This document shows positions 24,561 through 39,906 of a DNA stretch of 64,000 nt, piece after piece. The notes beneath the pieces were generated by a model. That model was not told the DNA's origin, did not search any database, and saw only the letters and a list, made by a program, of their open reading frames with translations. Position 1 is the first letter of the stretch. Each line of letters begins with the position of its first letter. The position numbers and the translations under genes were made by a program. The DNA is from Vicugna vicugna (lineage: Eukaryota), in contig MU060887.1 in assembly GCA_013265495.1 (NCBI GenBank), positions 744,001 to 808,000 of the forward strand, in the 5' to 3' direction.

Positions 24561-26531
24561 AGCACACAGGGCTCACGTCATCTTGGCTTCTGGAGAATTT
24601 CCACACGAATGTGCCGCTTTTGTCACTCACTAAGAAAAGCTGGGACCAAATCTGCATCGTTTATCTTGTTCAGCACTTACTGATGACACTGCCACTAGGA
24701 GGCTGGGCGGCGGAATGAGGTCGGTCCGCAGTAGTGATCTCAAACGTGGCCCACAGGGTCTCAGACTCGGGCAACTGTAACAGGTTCTGGCAGGAGCCAT
24801 CGGTCTTATTTCAGACAATCAGAATCCATCTGAGGCCAATCTGTGACCCTTGCTCATTGCCAGTAATTAAAGGGGGCAGAAGGTGGGCTGAGTAACAATA
24901 TGCACACCTCAAATTAAACTACAGCATGGCACACTCCTCCACACGTGCAAACGTTTAATACAAAGGTGTACATGGAATTCCCGCTCCGGATTTACTATGA
25001 AGGTTGATTTGAAGTATCACTACAGTGGTTTCACTCATCCTCAGTAAAGGGTCATCAGCAACTGCAGGCACGCACGACGGCCATACCCGACCACCCAAGG
25101 TTAAGGTTGCTCAAGCATCAGAACCCTGAAGGCTAAAGCGGGGTCGTGCATGTCTGTCTGACCCCAAGGCCCACACTCAGGAGCTGCCAGGGACGGAGTC
25201 CAGCACAGCAGATTGTCAGGACTGGCTATGGTCACAGGTGTTTCTGCTGTCACAGCACATGGATGGAATAACAAACACAGAAGCAAGTCGTATCAGTGAC
25301 AGCTGGTGTGTGACTTGGATAAGTGACATGGTTGTTTTGCCAGCCTGTGGTGCCGGGTTTAGGGGTGGAAGAGAACATTCTTTGTTTTCACTTGAGCTTC
25401 CTGCACAGCTCGAGGTGACAGACTCTCCCCCAGGTGCTACGGTTGCTGTTCACCCACAAAAGTTGTGAAATTGGGGTGTCTCACATTAGTAGACGTAATC
25501 TCGCTTTTTCTCCACTCATCCCATGCTTGACCCTTACCTTTATCTGAAAGGATCAGGGCTGAGAGGCACATGGTAACTTTACAAAATTGACAAGAGATAG
25601 ACACCATCCCTCTCCCTGGCCAGGATGCCTCACTGTAAATGAGGGTGGTGAACACTGTACACAGTCAAGCAGTGGCGTCTCCATGATGTAAGACAGTGTC
25701 AGTCCAACAGGGGAATCCAGGGGCTTAGAAGAGGATTAAGCGTGAATCCTGCAGGCCCACTTTCACCATGGTGCAGCCTGGAAGGTGTAGCCACAAGATG
25801 GTCCAGGTCTGGCTATGAGAGGAGCGAAAGTCTCACTGTGTGCAAGAATGGTCAGGGCCAAGTCACAAATGCTTCAGACAGATCTGCAGAACCACCCAGA
25901 ATGCTGTGCCCTGAGGAAACCCTAAGATTTCAGGCTCAGGGCAGTGCTGCCCAAATACTCCACATTCAGTTTCTCTTGACTGTGAGTCACCCCATGTTCA
26001 TTAAGAATAAATAAGAATCTTGTGGAAAGTGGTGACTGTACAACATTTCTTACATTCATAAAGTTCTTCTCTGCAGTGAGATTACAAGCGAACATTACTG
26101 TATTAGCAGAACTAAAATTAACCTACATCTTATGTCAGCAGGATTTCTCTCCACTGTAAGGTCTCCCATGTGTATGTAATATGTATGCCACTGAGGAAGT
26201 AGTGACGGTCTTTCCATGTTTCTTAACAGTATGGCTTCACGGTGAGTCCTCACATGCCGGCTGTGAGGAGACCGATGGCTTTGCCACATTCCTAACATTT
26301 GTAGAGCACCTCCCCGGCATTTTCCTCTCATGATGTTGAAGTGAATTACGTACAAAAAAAATTTTCCTACATTCCTTCCATTGACCAGGTTTCTCACCAG
26401 TGTGCACATGCTGATCCCTGATAACGGAAGAACTGGCAGATGTTTCCCACATGTATTTCTTCTTCCAAGTGTGAGATCTATAACGTCTAGGAAGACTTGA
26501 AGAAGCAAAGACTTTCCCACGTTTATCACAT

Positions 26532-27058
26532 TCAAAAGACTTCTCTCCAGTGAGATTTAAAATATCTAGAAGAAGTTAAGGACGAAGCAAAGGCATCTCC
26601 ACATTTCTCACATTGAAATGGCTTCTCTTCAGGGTGAGTTTTTAAATGTCGAGTAAGGCCTGAGAAATGAGTATATGTCTTCCCACATTTATTACACACA
26701 AAAGGCTTCACTCTAGTGTGAGTTTTCAAATGATTAATGAGGTTTGAAGACTGAACGAAGATTCTCCCACATTTCTTACATTCATAGGGTTTTACTCCAG
26801 TATGAATTCGAATGTGAACACGAAGGTGTGAGGACCTTCTAAAGGCCCTAGCACACTCCTGACACTCGTAGGGTTTTATCCCAGTATGAATTCGACTGTG
26901 AACATGAATGTCTGAGCACCATCTGAAGGATCTTCCACACTCCTTGCATTTGTAAGGTTTGATTCCAGTATGAATTCGACTGTGAACATTAATGTATGAA
27001 GACCACTTAAAGGCTTTCCCACATGTGTCACATGCACAAGGCTTCCCGGCACTGTGTG
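26532..27058 (-). pseudogene. Residual open C2H2 array of gene A (5 intact + 1 degenerate finger)
   Basis: CDTC..HSRIH, CKEC..HSRIH, CQEC..HIRIH, CKKC..HLKTH, CNKC..HLKTH, CEKC..YFKSH; out of frame with the KRAB. Confidence 0.9.
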
Positions 27059-28062
27059 TTACTCTAATTGTCTCCTAAGGCTTAAGGACGCAGCGGAGAC
27101 CTTTCCACTTCCCTTACGTCTGGCACGTGTGTTAGCAGTGTGAGTTGGTACATGAGCACCAAGGCTGGCTGAGTGAACAGCTCTCCCATGTTTCTTCCGT
27201 CTGTAGGGCTCTTCTTTACTGTGAGTGGCGTCCTGTGCCTGAACGTGAGGTTCATTAACAAAGGCTCCCCCACCATCGCTGCACTCTAAGGCTTTCCCCT
27301 GTTTGCTCGATGTCCTGTGCACATGTGGGGCCAGCCTGACAGCTTTTCCGGAGTAAACACGGAACGTTTTTCTCCAGCACAAGATGTATTGTGTAGAGTA
27401 AGGAAGTTTATTCCATCCTGATTATCTCTGCAAATGTTCCTTCCACTTTTGAGTTCTCCTGTGTGTCTTAAGGCACAAGTGTTCCCTGAAGTCTCTCCCA
27501 CGTTGCTTACAGTCACAGAGTTCCAGGCCACTGAGGCTTCTTTCCTGTGGATAAATGGATGGATGATGATTCAGGGATTTCTCAGACTCATTAACTGATC
27601 CGAGTCATCTCAACACAGAACCATCACCACAGTAACGATGATGACTTTTCCCATCTCCATGACGTTCATACACGTCCTGCCCAGTTGATTTCTTCCGAGT
27701 TAAAACAATGAAATCCTCCTGCCAGAATAATGTACCGTATACTCAAATCTCAAAAGGTTTCTACAGTTTCATGGGACTGTTTTTAAATAAGTGGGAATGA
27801 GTCCTGGTGGAAATTCTGAAGTGAGTTTCAATCTAGGCCTGGATATCCCCATAATTTGCATCACCAGAATTCTCAGAGAGACATGGCTCTCCCCAGGTGA
27901 ATGCCACTCATCTCAAACATCTGTCACTGGTGCTCCCATTCTAGCTAATGAAGATCTCAAGCTGATCTGAATGTGGAAAATAAATACCTGGTTTGGACCT
28001 TACTGATTTTACGACTGGTGTCCCAGTCAACGGTTTTCCCCCAGCGTGTCCTGCTGAAGTGC

Positions 28063-30127
<2,065 letters not shown>

Positions 30128-30129
30128 CC

Positions 30130-31900
30130 CTCAAAGAGGAGACCTGCTGGTAGGAGGATCCTGAGCTCACCGCACCCCACCCCACCCCCGCCAGGAATAC
30201 CTCAAAATGCACCTACACTGGAGCAACTCTCACTGACAACAAAGTAGAGACAAGCAGAAAGGCACTTCTACAAGCAGCGCTGTAGGAAAAGCTCCACTAG
30301 GGGCAGGTAGGAAGGGAGGGGAAGCAATCAGGTTGAAAAACATGCCCCCTGGAGGGGACTCAGAAGAGGAGGGGCCACCGTGGGCTCAGAGGTTTGAACC
30401 ACAAACTGGGGACCCCAGCCTTGTGCTCTGATACCAGGAAGTCAAGCCCCCTTAGCTGGTCTGAAAACAGGAAGGACTCCCAGGATGGCTGCAAGAATCC
30501 AAGACTCCATCTGTGAAGAGGGTGCCCAGCTTGCTTCCTCCTGGGAACAAGGTGAGGAAGCCAATTAAAACTTCCAGAAGCTCTGGTCAGTTTCCCGTGA
30601 CCGTCCCAGCATGCTCCCCGGCCCTGCGAGCCCCGGCCCAGCTCCCCCACTCCCCAGGGACCAGCCTGCGTTGCCGAGGAAAGTGCACACGTGGGGAACG
30701 TAGCTCACTCGCCCCGGCACTGCCTGCACCTCTGCCTGGCTTGCCAGGGGTCCCGTGTGTGCCTGGCCCGCTACAGCCCTCCTGCCCCAGCGCCGCTCTC
30801 CTCTGGGCAGAGGTACCACTGCTGGGAGGAGAGAGCGCACACGCCTGGAGGGGACAGGACCAACTCAGACCCAACCCTCAGGGCTCCTGCTTCCAGCACC
30901 TTGGGACCTGCGCCTGCCCCACCGATAGGGCGGTGACAGCCACTGCGCACAGAAGGCCCGGCTCACACGCGGCTGTGGCTCTAGCCCCTCCGTCTCCAGC
31001 CTCACTTGCCAACAAGATGACAACTGCCAGCACACCCTGAGCAAAGACCTAAGTCACGCTCACTTTAGATCCAGCAACCCCACCAAAGCCACTGGGCACC
31101 ACAGACTGCATTGGGACCCGCCCACGTAAGGACACCCCTTCAAAAGATGGGATAGGTAACTGCTTCACTTAATTTTATAGAGACAAAGTTAAAATGAGAA
31201 GACAAAGGAATTTTTTTTAATATAAAAGAACAAGGAAAAAAATCCTGGTGGGACAACTGATTAAAGAGAGAAATAATATACTGAATAAAGAGTTTAAAGT
31301 ATTAGTAATAAGAATGCTAACTGCACTTGAGAAAATAGAAGAACAGTGAGAATTGTAACAAGGAACTAAAAAATATAAAAAAGGACCAGTTAGAGCTTAA
31401 GAATATAGTAACTGAAATTAAGACACTAGAAAGAGGGGAAGGTATAGCTCAGTGGTAGAGTGCATGCTTAGCATGCACAAGGTCCTGGGTTCAATTTCTA
31501 GTACCCCCATTAATGATAAATAAAAACCTAATTACCTCCCTGCTCTGCCCCCAAAGAAACGCACTAGAAAGAATTATCAACAGACTAGGTGATAAATGAG
31601 AATGCATAAGTGATCTTGAAGACAGAGAGGAAATAAATAAAAGAGACCCCCCTCACACACAAAAAAGGAACCCCACAATAGAAAATACTGGCGAAACCAA
31701 GACAAGGGCTTCCAAAAACATAAATAAAACTGATAAGGCTTTAGCCCAGCTTATTAATAGAAAGAGGGAGAGGACCAAATAAACAAAATAAGAAATTAAA
31801 GAAGAGATATTACAGCTGACATTATAGAGACACAAATAATCATTTAAAAGAATACTATGAACAGTTACAGGTCAACAAACTGGACAATCTATAATAAACT
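30130..31900 (+). mobile_element. L1 5'UTR (CpG-rich) plus ORF1 fragment, antisense to gene A
   Basis: Begins gtaggaggatcctgagctcacc (laurasiatherian L1 5' end), GC/CpG-rich 30590-30970, then aaaatgagaagacaaaggaat ORF1-like start; absent from copy B. Confidence 0.75.
31435..31561 (+). mobile_element. Camelid tRNA-derived SINE (Vic-1-like) in L1
   Basis: TSD cactagaaaga 31424-31434 / 31562-31572. Confidence 0.92.
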
Positions 31901-31934
31901 GAAATCAGATCCTCTGCTAGCTGGCTTAATGACA

Positions 31935-32272
31935 TATGTGACCATGTGGGAAAAAAAAGCTACATGCAGCCTTTAGGAGCCAAGGGGGGCCTCAAGCTGG
32001 CACCAGCAAGTTATTCTACAGCAGTGAAGAAATGAATTTTGCAAATTACCCAAGTGACTATAGAAACGACTTATCTTCCCTGGTTAAGCGCTAGTTAAGT
32101 TCCCCTAATTAAGCATGATAAGAAAACAACTCAACCAAGGCCTCATGCAGCCCGGTGGGCACCTTCCTAAGTTCTCTCTGGACTCCTGATTCAAAGAAAC
32201 TGTGAGATAAATGTGTGCTGTTTTAAGGCTCATAATTTTGTGTAATGTGTTAGGCAGTAATAGATAAATACA
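31935..32272 (+). mobile_element. MLT1D-like MaLR LTR fragment
   Basis: Ends gactcctgattcaaagaaactgtgagataaatgtgtgctgttttaag...gcagtaatagataaataca. Confidence 0.7.
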
Positions 32273-33884
32273 CCTTCCCTTCTGAAGTCTGCATTCGAGG
32301 GCCATGCTCTGTGTCTGGCTTCTTTCACTCATCATTATGTCTGTGAAGTTTATCCACACTGCTGCCTCTGCCTTTGATTTATTCCTTCCATTTGCCTCAG
32401 ATTTTTCCAATAGTATAAGTAAACCATAGTTTATCCAGTCTTCTGTTAATCCACATCTTAGGTGTTCCCCACTTAAGGATCTTCAGGTAACACTGGAATG
32501 AAAAGTCTTTATTTTCATATGGATACACATGTGCAGGCGTATGTGAAAATTTTTAATTGTTTTCCGATGTGTTTTAAATTGTTCTTCCAGTGAACTCCCC
32601 AACCAACAGTATAGGCCAATCCTCATCAACTTTATCTTCAGAAACTTCATCAGTTACTTCACTATGTCACATCTCCTTCACGGGGACCCGGAAGTGGTAA
32701 ATACACAGGGTGCTATGGGTATTACCAAATCCTGTGGACACTTCAGTGCTTTCTGACCGCCATCATTTACCTATGGACTGACTCCAGTCCCCTAGTTACA
32801 TCAGTGTCTATCAGGAGTCAAACAGGACTGGTTACTCTGGATGATCCTTTAGGGAATCAGAGGCCTCTTCGGAGGAGGAAAAGGAATCTCAAAACCACTA
32901 TACACTTAGAAAGATAAGCATTTGCTCAGATTGATGATAAAGTATATTTTCATGGAGACGATATTTTTCAATGCTCAGTCACTGATTCTCATTAAATTCT
33001 TGAATGAACTTGCTGTTCATAAAATTAAAACACATACTTTCTCTTGATTCACAGCATTTGGAAGATAGTACTTGTTTTTCTTGCCAGTTATACACTGGAG
33101 ATTAGATTCCTCCCTCAGCATTTTCCCCAATCAAATAAAATGTCTCTACTGTCAAATCTGGAAGTAATCCTTGGTGCAGCCCCCACCCTAGAAAGGTATT
33201 CACCCAAATATGGAACACTTTCCCCACCTTCCACTTCCAGCATGGCTGCCTCCTTCGCCTTGTCTCTTTATGACTTAAATATCACTTTTATTACCTTCAA
33301 CTACTCCCATATAAGCACAGAGAAAATAATAACACCCTCAACTTTAGCTCCAGAAGCCGAATACATTTTAATAATACATTCATTTTCTGAGATAGATGTC
33401 TATCTCCTCCAAAAGTTAACAGCCACCCTTAAATCAGCCCTGGACTGAAGGTTTTCACTAAGCACTAATCAAGCATTCATTAATTGGGGGGGGAGGTATA
33501 TCCTGTAGTAAATAAATAGATGAAGTAAATGCCCGGATTCTTTGACTTCTACCATCTACAAAACTCTCAAATCATTTCATTTATTTTCTTTTCCATAACA
33601 ATCGTGACACCTGTGTTACTGTGATTCTATTCGAAAAGTTATTCAGCGGGAGATTCTATCCTGACTCCATGCCTTCACTCTCATCTTTCGGAAAGTCCTC
33701 TCCAAAAGTAGGAGTTATCAGGTTCTATATAAGTTGTAAATGAACTCAAGTCACTTTCCTGCTTAAAACGTTTCAGAAGTTTCCTTGGCCTTTGAATGTT
33801 GTCTCGAGAATCTCACTCCTGGTCCTGTCCCTGCTCTCCACTCTGCCACCACTCTTGGTTCTTCTGCCAACCCTCTTTCTCAGT

Positions 33885-33955
33885 TAAAAAGAAAAGAGAA
33901 GAGAAAAGGGAAAAGAAAAGAGAAAGAAGGAAGAAAAAAGAAAAAAAGAAAAAAA
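33885..33955. repeat. A/G-rich low-complexity tract
   Basis: (GAAAA)n-like run. Confidence 0.8.
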
Positions 33956-34165
33956 GCTCTCAACTACACTATATTTTGCTCATGAAGTGCCCTTCACATA
34001 TAATTCTCTCCTCAATCTGCAAATCCTCACTCCGGCTCAATGACCTGAGTAGGTAAATCTACTCATGCTTTGCTTCACAACTTAAGTTATCAACCCCTCG
34101 CAGGATGTATTACCACCTCAGAGCAAGACAACTGTCAGTATCAGAAAATTGCCAGTTTTCATTTT

Positions 34166-34313
34166 TTTTAATTCTTCTTTAAAAAAAATTTTTTTTTAGG
34201 GGAAGGTGATTAGGTTTATTTATTTATTTATTTAAATGGGAGTACTGGGGGTTGAACCCAGGGCCTCATGCATACTAAGCATGTATTCTACCACCATGCA
34301 ATACCCTCCTCCT
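34166..34313 (-). mobile_element. Camelid tRNA-derived SINE (Vic-1-like)
   Basis: TSD ccagttttcatttt 34152-34165 / 34314-34327. Confidence 0.92.
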
Positions 34314-34849
34314 CCAGTTTTCATTTTAAGTATGTATTCCCAGATAGACACAGTAAGCCCATGGTGCAGTGCTATGTCTGTTTTGGTGGCCACTGTCGCT
34401 CTGTCCCTAACACACAGCCTAACTCACTAACAGAATTCAATGATCATTTGTGGATTGCCAAACAATATGACATTCCCCTCAAAAATGTTCCACTATAGTA
34501 CACACAAATTTTAAAAGACACAGAAACAGAATTATAACATAAAAAATCACATAAGGCTCATATAAGATGTCTGTGCACAATACAACAGATGCTAAAAGGC
34601 AACTGTTACAAAGGTTGCTCAGGAACACTATATTCTGAGCACCAAAGTATCATCCATGTATGATTTTTTCCCTCAAAAAGAAAAGTCTATCTTTAAAAGA
34701 TTGCTCTAGTGATCACTACCACTACCTTAAGCAAGTAATCAAATTTAGCATCACTAATCAAGGGATAGCATATGTTCTTGATGGAATGCAATCTGATGTA
34801 CACATCACCCTCAATATATTCTGAAGATACTTTGAAGCCTTTACACCAG

Positions 34850-37800
34850 GAGTTGCCACACTTTGGTCACAGGCCAGTTTTTGTAAGCAAAATTTCCTTG
34901 GAGCACATTTGTTTCCTTATGCCTATGGCTGCTCACCCACTACAAAGGCAGAGCTGAGTAATTCCATACCTTAGGCCAAGCATCAAGTACTTACTACCTG
35001 GACCTTTTCAGACAAAAGGTTTGCCAACCTCTGCTCTGGACTCAACTGTGTTTCACAAGAAATACAAGACATAGAGGAAACATCTAAAAACCCCGAAATA
35101 TAAAATCAGAACTATCAAAATGTGTGACTTTCTATCAGAATGAGTGTAACTCTTCAAAAGGTCAATATATTGGACAAACAATTTGGACAGATCCAGTATT
35201 AAAAAAAAGTAAAAAATATGAACAATCACCACATATACACTTTGACTGAGTTCTAGACCCAAAAACACATTTTGGAATAACATGGAGCAGTTCAGTTTTT
35301 ACAGTAGTAGATATTAGACTACATTATCTTTAATTTTTGTGGGCAAAAGAGTATTATGGCTTTAGTAGGACAATATCCTTCTCTTTAAAAGCTGCATTGC
35401 CAAGCATTTAAAGGTCAAATATCATGTATGCATTTATTTTCAATTTACTCACTCTCAAACAGTTCACCATAAAAATGTGCTTATGTTTTTAAGGAGAGAG
35501 CAAACATGCAAAATGCTAAAAATAAGTGAATCTGCTACAACGAACATTCATTGTACTGGATGTTTGGATTTACTTTAGGTTTAAGATTTTACGAAATCAT
35601 ACACACAGAGTATGCTGCTCCAATTTTTTTGTGTGCAATATAATCTTTTGAAAATTTCAGTTAGGTACTGAGCCAGAAAGGGTAACTGAAGTTTTTAGAA
35701 AACTTTTGTGCTTAGAAAATATTTTTTCTTGAAATATTAATAATTGTTAGTAAGAAAAACAGATTCAAGACAAGCGTTTCAGGCCACTTGGTCACTGGTT
35801 CCTAAATTTAGAAAGCATTTGATTAACAAGTTGGTGAAGGCATGTATATGGTGGTTACAGAAATAGTTCAGATAGTTGAAATTAAAGGCTTTCCACAAAT
35901 CCCTTCTAAGAAAGTTTAGCTGTGGCACATGCTTTGATCGGAATGCTAGTTTCTCTTTGCTCTAGTAGTTTTATCATTTATACTAGTCCTTTGCTTCTGT
36001 AGTCGTTGTTTAAAAAATGTTAAAATTATAAATCATGTCTAATCCTACTAAACTGTAAAATTTCGACTGTATCTTTCTTTTAAGGACAAATGAGAATAAA
36101 ATGATCCTGTTTGTCCTGGGGAAAAAAAAGATTTTATGAAAGAAAAATGGGGGTAGGTGAGACAGGGGGCCACGTGTAGTGCAGACAAATCCTGTTAATG
36201 GTAATCTCAAGTATTCTAGAACCAGTGGTATAAATCCTTCATCTTTTTCTCCTTGAGACCCCTGTTTTGACTCTGTGGGGATACACCAGCTTAAATTCAG
36301 ACAACCATATGGCTGAGTATTCTTGCTTTTCTTTAGATGAAAGACTTGTGGTCTACATTCATTTATATTTATATACATAAAATTAACACTCTTGATACTT
36401 AAGAAAGCATCTCATCTTTCTACCTGTATGTACTGTTCAAAAATAAAGACATGCGAAGATGAGGATGAATTCTCAGAACCATCTGCTTCTACAAGGACCG
36501 AGTCACTGGCCACTGCAGCAGCTGCCCTTCCCACATCCTGAAAGGAATTTAGAATCCATCCAGTTCAGGGATGAGGCACTCTGTGCTCCGGGAAAACTGG
36601 CAGTACATGCCTTCAGACAGTTTCAGAAGAAAATTTTATGAACCCCAATTCTCCCATCTTTCCATACTTAGAAACACACTAAAAGCATTAACTAAGGTAT
36701 CTATTCCACGTGACTAGCAGCAACCGTGTGCCGAGATGTGTGCTTGATTACACATACACCTCCAAAATCCCGTACACACTGGCATTCCCCGCCTTACCTC
36801 TTCAGAAGTTTCTGAGCTTTCCCAGAGCCTGACTCCTAGGCTACAGCCCTCAGTAAGGCACTGAATAAACTCAGCACACAGCTCTTAACGTTCTGCTTCC
36901 CATTTCTCAAGCCCACACCTCAGACTCACAAGAACACGGCAGGAAGCCTACGTTCGTGATAACCTGAAGGCGCAGAGGCCGGAGCAACCTGACAGAACAG
37001 CGGAAATGCATGTCCTCCGGGGCTGAAGTCACAAAGGTCACCACGGGGGCTTCTGAACACGGAAACAAAGAGGAAAGCACCCCGCAGACGCGCTCTTAAC
37101 CTCACTCCTGACCCGGCTGAACCCCGGAACTGAGGTCCCGCCGGCCGCGAGCGGAGGGACGAGGCCTCCCTAAGCCGGCCTTTCGCGCGCTCCGTGCGTC
37201 CCAGAGCCCTCCCTTGTCGCGGGCCCCACCAAGGACACGCTAAACCGCAGGAGACCAACGTGACCCCCTCCGCCAGACACAGAGCCCGGGACAAAAAGAC
37301 CGCCTCGGGTCCTTCACGTCACTTCCGCTTCCTGCCTCGGCCGCAGAGGAAGGGGGTCCGGGGCTGGGGCTGTCAGCCAAGTTCGGTCATTGCAGGAGGA
37401 AACACGAACTATCTCCCCGCTTTAGAGCTGAAGGGCCTTAGAGTCAGCTTAGTGCGGGATCTGGGGACAGAAAACAGGTCCAGCCCATGCTGTTGAGGTG
37501 GGAACCAGACCTGTGGGCGGCGCTATGGCGGTGGGCGGGGCCCACGTCCGGAAACGGTGTTGGAGGCGGGACGAGGCCCAGTTCCGGGTTTAGAGGTCGG
37601 AAAGGAGAGGCTGGGGGTGGTACTCACCCCACCAGAGGCTCATCAAAGCTCATCTACCTGCTAGTCCTCACTTCCTGGAGCCCTTGGAGTTGATTCTCCC
37701 ATTCTGATAAGCCTGCCAATCCATGAGATGGTCTCCTCCATTCAATCAATCCTGCATTTAACCTTTATTTCGCCTTATTTCTTTTTATTTACATTGGACA

Positions 37801-37930
37801 GCATACGGAACTCTAATCACTGATTTCTTTGCATATTCAAAGTAGTAACATTTTTTCTGTAACCTTCGTGTTTGCCTTCCCTCTTCAAGTATGTATTTGT
37901 TTTTTATTTTTCCTATCTTACCATACTGTC
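34850..37930. repeat. Direct duplication block 2, copy A (partner about 50445-53060): MER58, L1M remnants and promoter
   Basis: Colinear shared segments such as ataagtgaatctRctacaacgaaca, atctttctacct and tttaacctttatttcScc ttatttctttttatttacattggaca; about 70-80% identity by eye. Confidence 0.85.
36950..37600 (-). promoter_or_regulatory. CpG-island promoter and exon 1 of gene A
   Basis: CRE-like TCACGTCA next to ETS ACTTCCGCTTCC (about 37315-37332), GC boxes GGGCGGGG; donor CTTG|GTGGGG at 37230. Confidence 0.8.
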
Positions 37931-39379
37931 AGGACCTCCCATGTTACGCTGAGAAACAGCACTGTTACCAGGCATTCTTCACTCATTTAGGAATAGTTTA
38001 AATTTTCTGTTATCATGTTGGCTGTATATTTCAGTGAGTGGCCACAAAGGAGTTTATGGAAGTCTTTTAAAATCCTGTTTATTAGCACATTTTACCAAAA
38101 TTGTTTATGTACATTATCAAATGTTTTATGCATCTATTAAATTGATAATTATTTTGTTATGTTAATGTTTCATCTGTTGTGTATAAAATATTCACTTCTT
38201 ATGTAGCCAAAGGACTCTTTTTTTAAAAAAGTAATTTCTGGGTTTCCTGACTTGCCTTAAAAAAATCTCTTGAAACTCTAGGTTGCATACAGATTTCCTA
38301 ATTTTCTTCTAAAATTTATTATTTTTACTGACATTTTAATCTTTAGTCCTCAAAGAATGTATTTTTGGCATGTGGTGTGGGGTAGTGGGTACGATTTTTT
38401 CCTCCAGAAAGATGGCGAATTGTTGTATCAATTATTGATAAACTATCTTTGACATACTTATTTGAAATTCCACCTTTATTAAATAGTATATTCCTAATAC
38501 ACCTGTCCCAGGTTTTAGACTCTTCTGTGCAGTAATATTTACTTACACCTGTATCAGACTCTTTTGATAACAAGTTTTACATTATTTTATTAGTTAGTGG
38601 TAAACAATATAATGGAATTTTGGTTCCATTATAAAAGATCCTTTAGTTGCTATAACCCCATTTTCCTACACCTTTAAAAATCAAGGGTGGCAGCAAAGAT
38701 GACCAGACTCACAGACTCCTGGCCATTGGTTTTCTCCCCCATATTGGGAAGAAATGCAAATGAATATTATTGGACTTGATTTTTCTTTTCTTAAAAAGGG
38801 CAAGGAAATAAGTGAGATGAAGTTGGAGGGGAAACACAAAGGAAATAAAACCAGGAGAGGACAACATAATTCTTTACACAAAGAGCTCATTGTATGCAAA
38901 ATTTCCCACAGAGGCTTTGACTTCCAAGTGCATCGTAAATCCACCATAGTCAGAGAAAGGGATTTTGCCACCTAGAAGGGAGATCTAATGCACTAAACAC
39001 TTGGCCAAGTTCTTCTTTCCCCATTTTTTTTCTATCCCTGGAAAAACCCTTTTATAAAGTATCGGTAAAATAAAGACACCTGCACTAAAGCAAAAAAAAA
39101 AAAAATCAAGTTGCCATGATTCTACTTTCTGTATGTATAGATTTGCCTTTTCAGACATTTCATGTAAATTAAATCATAAAATCCTGTCAATTTTTTTCAC
39201 TTAGTATATTTTTTCAAGGTTCATATGTATTTCAGCATATCATTCCTTTGTATTGCAGAATGATATTCCATAGTATGAATATATTAATTTATTCAGCAGG
39301 TGATGAACATTTGGGTTGTTTCCACTTTGTGGATATTATGAGTAACGCTGCTGTGAAAATCCATGTATATCCTTTTCTG

Positions 39380-39462
39380 CAGATATATATATATATATAT
39401 TTGTTATTATATAATATATAAAGTAGATAATAAATTATATATGTGTGTGTGTATATATATAT
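39380..39462. repeat. (TA)n/(TG)n microsatellites
   Basis: Directly visible. Confidence 0.9.
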
Positions 39463-39906
39463 ATCCTATTATTGTCCTTCGGAGAAGGAAGAAAAGCCAG
39501 ACCAATCTAAGTACTCATTAACATTTTGTTTCCTTTGTGGGTGACTGCTGCTCAATTCCACCAAATCCTTCTGAGGTCCGTCAGGTATGAGTCTCAGAAC
39601 GGTCTGCTCAGTAGATGAAAAGACATCAGCTCACGTCTTCTGTGGGCCAAAGGTGTTCCTAGAGAGATTAGCATCCCTTATTTCTGAGTTGCACAAGTCT
39701 GAATTCAGAGCAGATTCCCTCAGGTGTCCCATATTGTGGTATCAGAGAAGCTTCAGGGCAGGAAGCAGGAGGCATGTGGCATGGTCTTGTGGCAAGGTGC
39801 TGTCCAACTGGAACTAGGCAAAGCTTGTCACAGCTTCCACTGAAATAAATACAGTAGACGTGGCTGGAGTAAAAGATGGGGCAAGAGGATTTTTGAATTG
39901 ATGCCT

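Larger units (their letters stand above)
16843..27261. repeat. Long inverted repeat (arms 16843-18534 and 25393-27261; spacer about 6.9 kb)
   Basis: Arms align as reverse complements (roughly 85% by eye outside the fingers) and share a perfect 153-bp tract, 18351-18503 vs 25424-25576. Confidence 0.92.

Noticed and set aside
16843-27261. Inverted repeat as an assembly artefact (false duplication)
   Set aside because: The arms differ by many substitutions and indels and contain different finger sets, so they are true paralogues.
30360-31040. 175-aa and other ORFs
   Set aside because: They lie in the GC-rich L1 5'UTR; no coding signature.
31006-31048. Mini-exon LAVVILLA as the homologue of the ZNF426 MAAADLSH start exon
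   Set aside because: It lies inside L1 5'UTR sequence, so the resemblance is probably coincidental; kept only as a possible L1-derived exon.
39474-39500. Short similarity (ccttcggag...aaaagccagacc) to 53087-53112
   Set aside because: Only about 25 bp with gaps and no extension; not distinguishable from chance.
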